From contig JBGARZ010000007.1 of NCBI GenBank assembly GCA_044229975.1, positions 224,001 through 288,000 on the forward strand: a stretch of DNA of 64,000 nt, read 5' to 3'. Positions within the stretch are counted from its first letter, which is position 1. Each line of letters starts with the position of its first letter. The notes under the pieces are model-generated. The model saw only the letters and a program-made list of their open reading frames with translations. It made no database searches and had not been told where the DNA came from. This DNA is from Polyangiales bacterium. Its GTDB lineage: Bacteria > Myxococcota_A > Polyangia > Polyangiales > Ga0077539. Below are positions 48,005 through 57,580 of the stretch, one piece after another. The translations under genes and the position numbers were made by a program.

Positions 48005-50472
48005 GTCGCCTCTCCCTGCTCCGCGTCCTTCCGACGCTTCTTCGCCCCGCGCGGAACCCGCAACGCCACCACCCCCAACAGGTACGCCACCAGCGCGCCG
48101 ACGAGCAGCGGCAGCCGCATCTCGCGCATCACCCGCTCGGCCTGCACGTTGGCGAGCGCTTCGTCGAGCCGCGCGATCACGCGCCCTCCGCCCGCCCGCG
48201 CGATGGCCGCCAGCGCCGGCTCGTCCGGCCCAAACGCCCGCAGCTCACTCGGATACGGAACCTCCGCCCCCGCCGCCACCGTGGCCTCGCGCGAAGCGGG
48301 CATGCGCGCGTCCACCACGAAGCCTTCGCCGAGCGCCACGCTCGCCGTCCACACGCCCGGCGCGCTCGGATGAACGGCGACCCGCACGCCCTCCGCGAGG
48401 CCGCGCGAGAGCGTCACGATGGGGGCTACGTCGCTCGCCACGGTGGGTGCCACGACGGAGATACGGCGCACGTCGGGGCGCGCATTCACCGGCTCGACGT
48501 GCAGCTCCAGGTTGTCCTCGCCCTGCGGCCGCAGCATCTCCCAGGCCATCTGCGAGAAGAGCCGACGGAAGCCCGGGCCCGCGCGCCACGCGTTGGCCCA
48601 GCGGCTCGACGTGGCGGTGGTGAGCGACGCCACCTGACCGAGCCCCACGAACCAGTGCGCGAGGATGGGTGACCCGTCGGGTGCGGTCATCAGCGTGAGG
48701 GCGCCGGGCCGCGACTGCGCGACGGTGAAGCCGAGGATGGGCGGATCGCTCGCCGGGTCGACGCCCTCCATGAAGCCCATGCGCGCCCGGACGACGGGGC
48801 GAAACGGCGCCTCGCGCGACGGCGGCGGGGACCGAAACTGCGCCTCACGCACGAAGAGCGTGGGCAGCGAGGTCGACGAGCTGGTGACGTGGTAGCGGCC
48901 GCGGCCGATGCGGGAGATGTCGCGCATGAGCGCGATGCGCGGCCCGAGGGTGATGGCCGTGACGGTGGCGCCCGTCGCCCGCAGCGCGTTGGCCGCGGCG
49001 ATGGCGGGACCGGGGTGGCTCTCTCCGTCGGACATGAGGATGACGTGGTGCAGGTAGCGGTCGTCGCGCGAGACGATGCCCGCGGCGGCGTTGAGGGCGG
49101 CGGCGAGGTCGGTTCCGCCGGAGGCGCGGATGCCGGCGATGGCGTTGGTGATCTGGGCGGACTCCGTCATGGGGACCGGGGCGACGACGAGGTCGGCATT
49201 GCCCGAGAAGGCCACCACGCCGACGCGAGAGTCGGGGCGCAGCGCGCGCACGGCGGCGATGCCGGCGGCGCGGGCGTTGACGATGCTCGGGCCCATCATG
49301 CTGCCCGATCGGTCGATGACGAGGATGAGCTCGATGGGCCGGGGCTCGGGGACCGCGCGCGGCGGCATGATGGGCTCGATCTCGCGCACGATCTCGGGCT
49401 CGCGACCGACGCCGTGCATCCCGGTGGTGGTGAGCAGGCCGCCGCCGCGCTCCTCGACCCAGGTGCGGAGGGCGCGCTGCTGGTTCTCGGCGAGCGAGGT
49501 CATCACGATCTCGTCGAGCACCACGTACTGGTAGCGATCGAGCCCGTTGACGTCGGACGGAACCTCCTCGGGGCTCGCCTCGTCCACGTGCAGGTGGCCC
49601 TCGCGGTACACCGCCGCCAGCGCGGGAGACGTTCCCTGGAGCTCGTGCACCAGCAGCACCCGCGGGGGAGACACCACCCGCACCAACGAGCGCCAGGTGT
49701 TGTTCTGCGCGATTGTGTCGCCCTCGGCCGTCGCCGTGACGCGCACCTCGTGCACGCCTTCATCGGGGAAGGTCACCGCCACGTCGTGCACGCTCGACCC
49801 GGCCGCGACCTCCACCTGCCGCGTCGCCACGCGCTCGCCGTCGCGCGTCACCTGGAGCTGAACGCTCCGCCCCGCCGCCGCGAAGAGCCGCACCCCGACG
49901 CTCACCTCGCGGCCCGCGCGCACCAGCCGCGGCGTCTCGATGCCGCTCACGGCGACGGCGTCGACCAGCGGCCGCGCCCCCGTCGGCAACACGAACACCT
50001 GCACCCCCGCCCGCCGCGCCCGGTCGGCCGCGCCCACCACGTCGCCGCGGGTCTCGCGCCCGTCCGTCGCCAGCACCACGCGCCGCACGCGCCCCGTCGG
50101 CAGCAGCGCCGTCGCCGTCGCTACCGAGCGCTCCAGGTCGCTCTCCGTCGCCGTCGGCAGCTCCATCCACTGCACATCGTCGCGCTCGATGGCCCGCCGC
50201 GGCGTCGCCGCCCGCGTGGCCGTCACCTCGCGCGGCGACACGCTCGCCGATCCGTCGACCGCCAGCGCCACCGCGAGCTTGCGCGTCGACCAGCGCACCC
50301 GCGCGTCGGCCACCGCGAGCACGATGAGCGCCGCCGCGAGCATCCGCGTCACCGTCGCAAACGCCAACCGCCAGCGCGTCGCCTCGATGCGCGTGCGCCA
50401 CGTCGCGAGCGCGATCACCGGGCACACCAGCAGCGCCCACAGAAGCCAGGGCTGTCCCACCGAGAGGTTCAT
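48001..50472 (-). CDS. Membrane-anchored vWA domain protein with Ig-like and glutamine-amidotransferase-like domains
   Basis: DGSAS..TDG and DRSGSM..GGTD..MSDG MIDAS motifs; GLGQVASLT; N- and C-terminal TM. Confidence 0.88.
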   Translation of the reverse strand: MNLSVGQPWLLWALLVCPVIALATWRTRIEATRWRLAFATVTRMLAAALIVLAVADARVRWSTRKLAVALAVDGSASVSPREVTATRAATPRRAIERDDVQWMELPTATESDLERSVATATALLPTGRVRRVVLATDGRETRGDVVGAADRARRAGVQVFVLPTGARPLVDAVAVSGIETPRLVRAGREVSVGVRLFAAAGRSVQLQVTRDGERVATRQVEVAAGSSVHDVAVTFPDEGVHEVRVTATAEGDTIAQNNTWRSLVRVVSPPRVLLVHELQGTSPALAAVYREGHLHVDEASPEEVPSDVNGLDRYQYVVLDEIVMTSLAENQQRALRTWVEERGGGLLTTTGMHGVGREPEIVREIEPIMPPRAVPEPRPIELILVIDRSGSMMGPSIVNARAAGIAAVRALRPDSRVGVVAFSGNADLVVAPVPMTESAQITNAIAGIRASGGTDLAAALNAAAGIVSRDDRYLHHVILMSDGESHPGPAIAAANALRATGATVTAITLGPRIALMRDISRIGRGRYHVTSSSTSLPTLFVREAQFRSPPPSREAPFRPVVRARMGFMEGVDPASDPPILGFTVAQSRPGALTLMTAPDGSPILAHWFVGLGQVASLTTATSSRWANAWRAGPGFRRLFSQMAWEMLRPQGEDNLELHVEPVNARPDVRRISVVAPTVASDVAPIVTLSRGLAEGVRVAVHPSAPGVWTASVALGEGFVVDARMPASREATVAAGAEVPYPSELRAFGPDEPALAAIARAGGGRVIARLDEALANVQAERVMREMRLPLLVGALVAYLLGVVALRVPRGAKKRRKDAEQGEAT

Positions 50473-52280
50473 TGGAGCCTCCCTCGTTGCGTGGCGATCC
50501 ACTCGATGCACATGAGCGCGAGCACCATCGCGGCGACCAGCACCGCGAGCGAGGCCCGCCGCGGGAGCGTCACACCACGCGGCGAACGCATCCCCTCCGG
50601 GGCGATGGCGAGCGAGCCCGCGTCGTCGGCGGCGCTCACCGCCACGGCGCGATCGGCCGTGTGGTAGATGCCCGCGCGGGCCGTGTCGTAGAGGGCGCCG
50701 CGCACGTCGCGAGCGGCGCCCGACGGGGTCAGCACCACGGCGGGCGAACCCGAAGCGCGGACGGGCTCACCCGTCGGCTGCCACGAGTGAAACTCCCGCT
50801 CGCGGCGGTCGAGCCACACCAGCGCGTTGTGCAGGAAGAGCGGAAACGCCACGCGCTGCACGAGGTCGGTGCTCTCGGTGTCGAAGCCCATCGCGAGGAG
50901 GCGGGCACCGTCGCGTTCGCGGGCGACCATCAGCGCGTCGCGGCCGCTGCGGACCAGCACCCGGTCGTCGGCCGCGGGGAGCAGCGCGCGGGCGCGGGCG
51001 ATCTGCACCTGATCGAAGCGCAGCCCGGCGAGCACGCGGTGATCGGTCGCGAAGGCCGTCACGCGGGGTTGGTTGACCTCGGCGCCGAGGCGCACGGAGC
51101 GAACGTCCGTCGAGCCCACGAGGAGCTGCGCCGGGTGGTCGAGCGGTCGCGCCGGGGTGACGCGGTCGAGGAGGACGACGTGGTAGCGGGACAGGTCGCG
51201 CCGCGCGGCGAGCGCCGACGGGTCGATGGTCTCCAGCGCGACGGAGGGGTGGGCTTCGAGGGCGTCGGCGAGGTAGCGGTCGCCGCGCGTGACGAGCAGC
51301 ACCCGCGTGGCGACGGCCGGGGCGACGGCGGCGTAGGCGAAGTCGTCGCTCGCGAGCGCGTCGTGGCCGCCCTCGATGTCGATGTCTTCGAGGCGCGCGG
51401 TGAGCTCGGCCTGGGCGCTGGAGAAGCCGTGCGCGAGGTGGGTTCGCACCTCGCCGGGGCCGAGGTCGAGGTGCTCCTCGGAGACCACGACGTCGCGGTC
51501 GCGCAGCACGAGGTGGGCGCGCGCCCGGTGCGCCGAGTACGAGCGCACCTCGCAGCGAACGCGGTACTCGCCGAGGCTCAACGGATCACGCCGGGCGTCG
51601 AGCGCGGCCACGGCGACGGTCTCGGCGGGGGCGCCCACCGGGACGAGCGTCACGGGCACCGACGGGTCGCTCGCACGGTCGAAGTCGTCGCGGTCGGCCA
51701 CCACGAGGACGCGGCCGTTGGCGTGGGCGCCGCGGACGATGGCGCGCGCAACGGCAACAGCCGCGGAGAGGTCGGCGGTCGAGTCGTCGGGCTCGATGGC
51801 GGTGAGGGCGCGCTCGGCGTCGGCGGCGCGTCGCGTGAGGGGGACGAGCACCTCGGGGTGCGGCCCCGCGCGCACGACGGCGATCTGCCCCGAGACGGTG
51901 TCGGCCTGCGCGGTCTCGCGGGCGAGCACGAGCGCGTCGTCGAGGCGGCGGCGTCCGCGCTCGTCGCGGGTGGCCATGGTGCGATCGGCGTCGATCACGA
52001 TCACCGTCGTCCCCGAGACACCAGCGCCCGACCGGGGATCGCCCATCTCGATGACCATGAGCAGCGCGATGGCGAGCGACACCAGCATCGCCAGCCACGG
52101 CACGCGCGTCGCGAAGAGCGAGCGCGGGCGCGAGCGCTCCACCGCGCGCTTCCAGAACTCCACGTTGGAGACGACCTGCGGGCGTGGCGTTCGACGAAGG
52201 AGGTAGAGCGTGACGACCGCCGCCGCGGCCGCGAGCGCCGCCGCGATGAGAGCGCCGGTGGAGAGCGCCGCGAAGGTCAC
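50469..52280 (-). CDS. BatA-like N-terminal + vWA domain membrane protein
   Basis: LYLLRR...VSNVEFW N-terminus; degenerate MIDAS DADRTM; TDLVQRVAFPLF; C-terminal IEW. Confidence 0.85.
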   Translation of the reverse strand: MTFAALSTGALIAAALAAAAAVVTLYLLRRTPRPQVVSNVEFWKRAVERSRPRSLFATRVPWLAMLVSLAIALLMVIEMGDPRSGAGVSGTTVIVIDADRTMATRDERGRRRLDDALVLARETAQADTVSGQIAVVRAGPHPEVLVPLTRRAADAERALTAIEPDDSTADLSAAVAVARAIVRGAHANGRVLVVADRDDFDRASDPSVPVTLVPVGAPAETVAVAALDARRDPLSLGEYRVRCEVRSYSAHRARAHLVLRDRDVVVSEEHLDLGPGEVRTHLAHGFSSAQAELTARLEDIDIEGGHDALASDDFAYAAVAPAVATRVLLVTRGDRYLADALEAHPSVALETIDPSALAARRDLSRYHVVLLDRVTPARPLDHPAQLLVGSTDVRSVRLGAEVNQPRVTAFATDHRVLAGLRFDQVQIARARALLPAADDRVLVRSGRDALMVARERDGARLLAMGFDTESTDLVQRVAFPLFLHNALVWLDRREREFHSWQPTGEPVRASGSPAVVLTPSGAARDVRGALYDTARAGIYHTADRAVAVSAADDAGSLAIAPEGMRSPRGVTLPRRASLAVLVAAMVLALMCIEWIATQRGRLQ

Positions 52281-53152
52281 CGCATCTCCAGCGAGGGGGC
52301 GAGCACCTGCCGCAGCACCTGATCGAAGGGAGCCTCCACCGCCGCGTCGACCATGCGACCTCCCACCGCGCGACACGCATCGCGGGTGCGCGTCACGTGG
52401 GCCTCGATCTCCTCCCGATAGGCTTCGAGCAGCGCGCTCGTGGCCGTGACGCGCAGCGCCTCGCCGGTCTCGCTGTCGGTGAGCTCCAGCTCGCCGTGGA
52501 AGGTGGGCGCGTGGTCCTCGTCGCAGCGAACGCGCACCACGCAGAGCTGGTGACCGCGCTGGGCGAGGAGGCGCAGGCTCGGGCTCCAGTCGGTGGCGTC
52601 CATGAGGTCGCTCACCACGACGACGTAGCCGGTGCCAGGGTGGCGCTGGAGGAAGCTCCGCGCGGTCTCGGCGAAGGTCGTGGTGCCGTGCGCTTGCAGG
52701 CTGGCGAGGAAGGTCTCCAGGCCCGGGAAGTCGTCGCGGCGTCGCAGCACCGGCGTCGCGCGCTCGACGGTGCTCGCGAAGGGAACCACCTGGACGCGGT
52801 CGACCTGGTTCATCCCGAGGTAGCCGAAGGAGGCCGCCACCTGCCGCGCCACGTCGAGCTTCGGCGGAGCGCCGCGCGCCATCGACCCGGACACGTCGAC
52901 GAGTACGTAGACGCGGGCGTCGTGCTCCTCCTCGAAGGTTCGTACGGTGAGCGAACGATTGCGCGCGAAGGTCTTCCAGTCGATCTTGCGCGCGTCGTCG
53001 CCCACCACGTACTCGCGGCGCTCGGCAAACTCCAATCCCCCCGCGCGCGCCTCGCTCCGATGGCCGCCCTGCTCGCGGGTGGTGGAGCGCGGGCGCACCT
53101 TGAGGTGGAGCCGTTCGAGGAGCCGGCGGGCCGCGTCGTCGAGGAGGGCCAT
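52277..53152 (-). CDS. DUF58 domain protein
   Basis: EFAERREYVVGDDARKIDWK, VDVSGSM, VVSD. Confidence 0.93.
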   Translation of the reverse strand: MALLDDAARRLLERLHLKVRPRSTTREQGGHRSEARAGGLEFAERREYVVGDDARKIDWKTFARNRSLTVRTFEEEHDARVYVLVDVSGSMARGAPPKLDVARQVAASFGYLGMNQVDRVQVVPFASTVERATPVLRRRDDFPGLETFLASLQAHGTTTFAETARSFLQRHPGTGYVVVVSDLMDATDWSPSLRLLAQRGHQLCVVRVRCDEDHAPTFHGELELTDSETGEALRVTATSALLEAYREEIEAHVTRTRDACRAVGGRMVDAAVEAPFDQVLRQVLAPSLEMR

Positions 53153-53156
53153 CGGG

Positions 53157-54161
53157 TCAGCGCGCGACGGGGAGCGTCTTCACGATCTGCGTGACGATGT
53201 CGTCGGCCGTGACGCCGTCGGCGATCGCGTCGAAGTTGCGGACGACGCGGTGGCGCAGGCAGGGCAGGGCCGCGCGCTGGATGTCTTCCACGGCGACGTT
53301 GAGGCGACCGTCGAGGATGGCGAAGTACTTGGCCATCAGCTCCAGCGACTGCGCCGCGCGCGGGCTCGCCCCGTGGCGGACGTACTTCTTGATCTTCGGC
53401 GGCGCAGTGGGCGACTCCGGGTGCGTGGCGAACACCAGTGACACGGCGTACTGGAGCATCGGCTCGGCGACCGGCAGCGTCCGCAGCGTCTTGGATGCGG
53501 CGATGATCTGCGGCGCTGTCGCGACCTTGTTCACCGTCTGATCGAACTGCCGCGCGGTGCGGGCGACGATGGCCATCACCTCGGTCTGCGTGGGAAAGGG
53601 AATCATCAGCTTGAGCAGGAAGCGATCGAGCTGCGCGTCGGGCAGGGGGTAGGTGCCTTCGGACTCCAGGGGGTTCTGCGTGGCCACCACGAAGAAGGGC
53701 GCTTCGAGCGGATAGGTGCTGTTGCCCAGGGTGATCTGCCGCTCCTGCATGGCTTCGAGGAGGGCGCTCTGGGTCTTGGACGACGCGCGGTTGATCTCGT
53801 CGGCGAGCACCACGTTGGCGAAGAGCGGTCCCTGTTGCAGCGCGAGCGACGGACGCCCCGCGGCGTCGACGGACACCATGTGCGTGCCGAGGATGTCCGA
53901 GGGCATGAGGTCGGGCGTGAACTGCACGCGCGAGAACTTCAGCGCCACGACGTCGGCGAGGGTGCGCGCGAGCATGGTCTTGCCGAGGCCGGGCGCCCCT
54001 TCCATGAGGACGTGGCCGCCGATGATGAGGGCGCCGACGAGGCAGGTGATGGCGTCGTCCTGGCCCACCACGCGGGCGCCGACTTCGCGGTGCATCGCGG
54101 TCGCGAGCGAGCGAACGCGTTCGAACGGATTGAGGATCGTCACGGGCTCAGAGTTGCTCAT
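53157..54161 (-). CDS. MoxR family AAA+ ATPase
   Basis: EGAPGLGKT, RVQFTPDLMPSD, DEINRA, ATQNPLESEGTYPLPDAQLDRF. Confidence 0.96.
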   Translation of the reverse strand: MSNSEPVTILNPFERVRSLATAMHREVGARVVGQDDAITCLVGALIIGGHVLMEGAPGLGKTMLARTLADVVALKFSRVQFTPDLMPSDILGTHMVSVDAAGRPSLALQQGPLFANVVLADEINRASSKTQSALLEAMQERQITLGNSTYPLEAPFFVVATQNPLESEGTYPLPDAQLDRFLLKLMIPFPTQTEVMAIVARTARQFDQTVNKVATAPQIIAASKTLRTLPVAEPMLQYAVSLVFATHPESPTAPPKIKKYVRHGASPRAAQSLELMAKYFAILDGRLNVAVEDIQRAALPCLRHRVVRNFDAIADGVTADDIVTQIVKTLPVAR

Positions 54162-54169
54162 TTGCGGCC

Positions 54170-56791
54170 TTACGGGTGAGCGGAGGGCGAGCGCCCGCCG
54201 ATTCGTTGGAAGTAGCGCCGGACGTACGCGCGCAGCGACGGCGGAACCCTCTGCGTCGTCATGCTGGCCTCCGGGTCTTCGTCGAGCGCGCCCGCGAGCG
54301 CGCCGTCGCCAGGGGCGTTGGGCAGCAGCGATCCCGGTGCGACGGGTGCCTCGCTCGTCGGCCCCGTGCCTGCGCCCTGCTGCTGCGCGACGCCCGGCAT
54401 CATCACGCCGCGCGCCCCCGGCGCGAGCTGCGGCGGGTGCCCCAACGGACCACCCGGGTCGACGTCGTGGCCCAGCGGACCGCTCGCGCCCGGTGTTCCG
54501 ACGCTGAGCCGATCGCCCGCGCCCGCGCCCCACGCCCGGCCCCCTTGCGGCTGCCGATTGGGGTCGCCTTCGCCCGATCCGGCGCCGCCGCTGCCGCCCG
54601 ATTCACCGTGCGCCTGCCCCGGTCCCTGCGCCGTCGCCTGGCTGTTGCCGTCGGCCTCGGTGTCACCCGTTCCGCGGTTGAATCGGCTCACCGCCTGCTG
54701 CCCGGTGCCGCCCATCGCGGCCGTGCGGTTGCCCTGCGTGACGCCCATCCCCGAGCTGTTGCCCTGGTTGTTGCCGATGTCTCCGCCGAGCGCGCCGTTG
54801 CGTCCCTGCGCGTCGCCCGTCCCCTGTCCCGGCGGCATGTTGCCCGGCGCCGACATCGACGAACCCATCCCCGGGTTGGTCGCCTGCATGCCCGCCGCGC
54901 GCCACGCGCCCTGCTGTCCCTGCCGCCCGCTCGGTGCGGGCTGTCCACCTGGTCGCGGCTGCCCCGGCATGCCCGACTCGTTGCGCCGCCCGAACTGCCC
55001 CGACTGCCCCGGCTGCCCCGGCTGTCCGGGTCGCCCCTGCTGCCCGGGCTGTCCCTGCTGCGCCGTCGCGCTCGGCTGCCCCGGCTGCTGCCCTTGCTGT
55101 CCCGGTTGTCCGGGCTGTGACTGCTGTCCCTGCTGACGGCCCTGTTGCCCCGGCGAGGGGCTCCCTTGCTGGGCGTTGTCGGGGCTCTCGCCGTTGCGTC
55201 CGGGGCTGCGCTCCTGACCGTTGCGAAGGGCCTCCTGCTCGCGGTTGAGGCTCGACTCGGTGCTGCTCCGCGACGTGCCATTGCGGTCGCCGTTGGCGCG
55301 GTCGGCCGACTGTTGCTGCTGGGCGTTTTGCGCGACCTGATCGTGCAGCGCGTCCATCGCGGCGCGCGCCCGACGCACGTCCTCGGGCTCGGCGTGGGCC
55401 TCACGCGACAGAGAGGCGCGAGCCCGCTCCAGGGCTTCGTTCATGCGCTGGCCGTCGTTGGCCGCGCGAGCCCTCGCGGCGTCTTGCAGGGCGCTCGCCG
55501 TCTCGGGCATCTGCTGCCCCAGCTCGCGGCTCGCCTGGTCCATCGCTTCGCCCACCTGCGCGTTCGGCACGCTCCGTCGCTCGTTCGCCTCCACCGACTG
55601 CAACGCCCGGTCGAGGTGCCCCACCGCGTCGTCGAGCGTGGGCGTCGCCGTCCGCTCGGTCGTCGCCGCCGCCGCTGCTGCGCGTCGAGGGTCCATCGCC
55701 TGCTGCGCCGCCTGTTCACGCTGCGCCGCCGCGTCGTGCGCCGCCTGCGCCTGCGCGATCTGCGACGTGAGCCCGGCGAGTCGTTGCTGCGCCGCGGCCT
55801 GCGCCGTCGCGTCGCCCGCGCGCTGCGCCGCTTCGAGTCGGGTCACCGCGTCGCGGAGCTGCGACTCGCTCGCCTGCTGGGCCGCGTCGGCCTGCGCGCG
55901 CGCCTGACGCGCTTCGGCGAGCGCCTGCCGTGCGGCGGCGACCTCGGGCGTGACGACGGCGGCCGGGTCGGTGGCGTTGGTGTTGGCAGTGGTGGGCGTC
56001 GGTTCGGCCACGCGGGCGCGCTCGATGGCGTTGGCGGCGCGCTCGATGGCCTGCGCGCGCTGCACGGCGGCGCGAGCGGCCTGTGCCGTGAGGGCGCGGT
56101 CGAGGGCGTTGATCTCGGCGTCGATGCGGCGGTTGGGCGAGTCGCGCAGCGCCTCGCGGAGGGCGGCCGCGCGGGCGGCGATGGCCTCGGGGGTCTCGGC
56201 GCCGTGGGGCGGTCGGGCGAAGGCCCGCTGGTGTCCGACGAAGCGGGCGAGGGCGTTGCCGACCTGCGGGACGGCGAGGCTCGCGAGCGCGATGAGCAGC
56301 GCGCCGACGACGTAGCGGGGGAAGCGCATGCCGGGACGCGGAGGAGTGGGCGTGGGGCCCGAGCGGTCGAGAAACTCCGACGCCTCCATGATCTGGAGCG
56401 CGTGGATGGGCGAGCGATCGTGGGTGGTGGAGAAGTGCAGGGCGGAGACGAAGCGGTCCTTGGCGTGGAGGAGCTGGTCGAGGCTGGAGGCCGCGCCAAA
56501 CGCGTTGACCCAGCGGGCTTTGGCCTCGCGGGCGCCGACGGCCACGGTGGCGACGGCGGCGGCGCCGAGGGCGAGGCGAGGGGAGAGGTGCGCGGTGCGC
56601 GCGACGGCGGCGACGGCGACCCCAACGGCGGTGCCCGACGCGACGCCGGAGAGGGCGGCGTCGAGGGCGATCCAAGTGTTGAGGCGGGCGCCGACCTGGT
56701 CGAGCGCGCGGGAGATGCTGGCGGGAAACGCTGGATCAGCCGGGGGGAGGGCGGTGGTCACGTCGGGAGGTGGGACGGGTGCGTCGGGCAT
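54170..56791 (-). CDS. Membrane protein with long coiled coil and Gln/Gly/Pro-rich tail (MoxR-operon associated)
   Basis: N-terminal TMs, DRFVSAL, coiled coil, QPGQQG repeats, C-terminal VPPSLRAYVRRYF. Confidence 0.8.
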   Translation of the reverse strand: MPDAPVPPPDVTTALPPADPAFPASISRALDQVGARLNTWIALDAALSGVASGTAVGVAVAAVARTAHLSPRLALGAAAVATVAVGAREAKARWVNAFGAASSLDQLLHAKDRFVSALHFSTTHDRSPIHALQIMEASEFLDRSGPTPTPPRPGMRFPRYVVGALLIALASLAVPQVGNALARFVGHQRAFARPPHGAETPEAIAARAAALREALRDSPNRRIDAEINALDRALTAQAARAAVQRAQAIERAANAIERARVAEPTPTTANTNATDPAAVVTPEVAAARQALAEARQARAQADAAQQASESQLRDAVTRLEAAQRAGDATAQAAAQQRLAGLTSQIAQAQAAHDAAAQREQAAQQAMDPRRAAAAAATTERTATPTLDDAVGHLDRALQSVEANERRSVPNAQVGEAMDQASRELGQQMPETASALQDAARARAANDGQRMNEALERARASLSREAHAEPEDVRRARAAMDALHDQVAQNAQQQQSADRANGDRNGTSRSSTESSLNREQEALRNGQERSPGRNGESPDNAQQGSPSPGQQGRQQGQQSQPGQPGQQGQQPGQPSATAQQGQPGQQGRPGQPGQPGQSGQFGRRNESGMPGQPRPGGQPAPSGRQGQQGAWRAAGMQATNPGMGSSMSAPGNMPPGQGTGDAQGRNGALGGDIGNNQGNSSGMGVTQGNRTAAMGGTGQQAVSRFNRGTGDTEADGNSQATAQGPGQAHGESGGSGGAGSGEGDPNRQPQGGRAWGAGAGDRLSVGTPGASGPLGHDVDPGGPLGHPPQLAPGARGVMMPGVAQQQGAGTGPTSEAPVAPGSLLPNAPGDGALAGALDEDPEASMTTQRVPPSLRAYVRRYFQRIGGRSPSAHP

Positions 56792-56985
56792 TCGATCTAC
56801 CGGTCTCGGAGGGCGGGGAGGTGCATGCGCTGGGTGACTCCGTGGGACTGATACGCGTTCAACGGCGCGAAGCTTGGAGGCGTGACGGGGAGGAAGGTTC
56901 CCACATCGGGGACAACGGCGTCGGGGCCCACGGGCTTACGGTCGCCTGGTGGCGGTTTCGGGGGTGCGGTCCCCAGACTGGGAAC

Positions 56986-57567
56986 ATGGACACCACGCTG
57001 GCAACGCATGAGTCGTTGGATGACGAGGCGGCAGCGGACAAGACGCGCACCATGCGCCGCGGAACGCTGCTCACCGCGCTGACGATCGGGGTGGCACTGG
57101 CCGCGGTGCTGCTCGTCGGGGCGGTGACGATGCAGCTCGCCGCGGAGGCCATCGCCGCGCGCACCGCGCCGAACTTCGCGGGCCTGGTCGCGGGCGCCGT
57201 CGCGCTGGTGGTGGTCGTGGCGCTGCCTCTCTGGTGGGAGCGCCATCGCCGCCGCGCGTGGCGGAAGATCGACCCGCTGCTGCGACGCCCGCGCACCTCC
57301 TGGGTGCTGCCATGGAGCGTGCTGTTGGTGGCGGCCATTCCGCTGCTGGCGCCGGACCTCGCGCGGGCGTCGCTCACGACGCACGGCGCGTGGATGATGC
57401 CGAGCGGCTCGACCGTGATCGAGCGCGTGACCACGCGGGCGACGTCGGCGGTGGCGCGGGTGATTCCGTTGCAGACGGCGCTCACGGTGACGCACCGCAC
57501 GGTCTGGCCGTGGGTCGATCGCAACTCGCCGGAGTGCCGGTTGCCCGCGGCGGCGACGGCGCGGTGA
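56986..57567 (+). CDS. Hypothetical membrane protein
   Basis: Three hydrophobic segments; plausible codon bias. Confidence 0.6.
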   Translation: MDTTLATHESLDDEAAADKTRTMRRGTLLTALTIGVALAAVLLVGAVTMQLAAEAIAARTAPNFAGLVAGAVALVVVVALPLWWERHRRRAWRKIDPLLRRPRTSWVLPWSVLLVAAIPLLAPDLARASLTTHGAWMMPSGSTVIERVTTRATSAVARVIPLQTALTVTHRTVWPWVDRNSPECRLPAAATAR

Positions 57568-57580
57568 TCGTCCCCACGGT

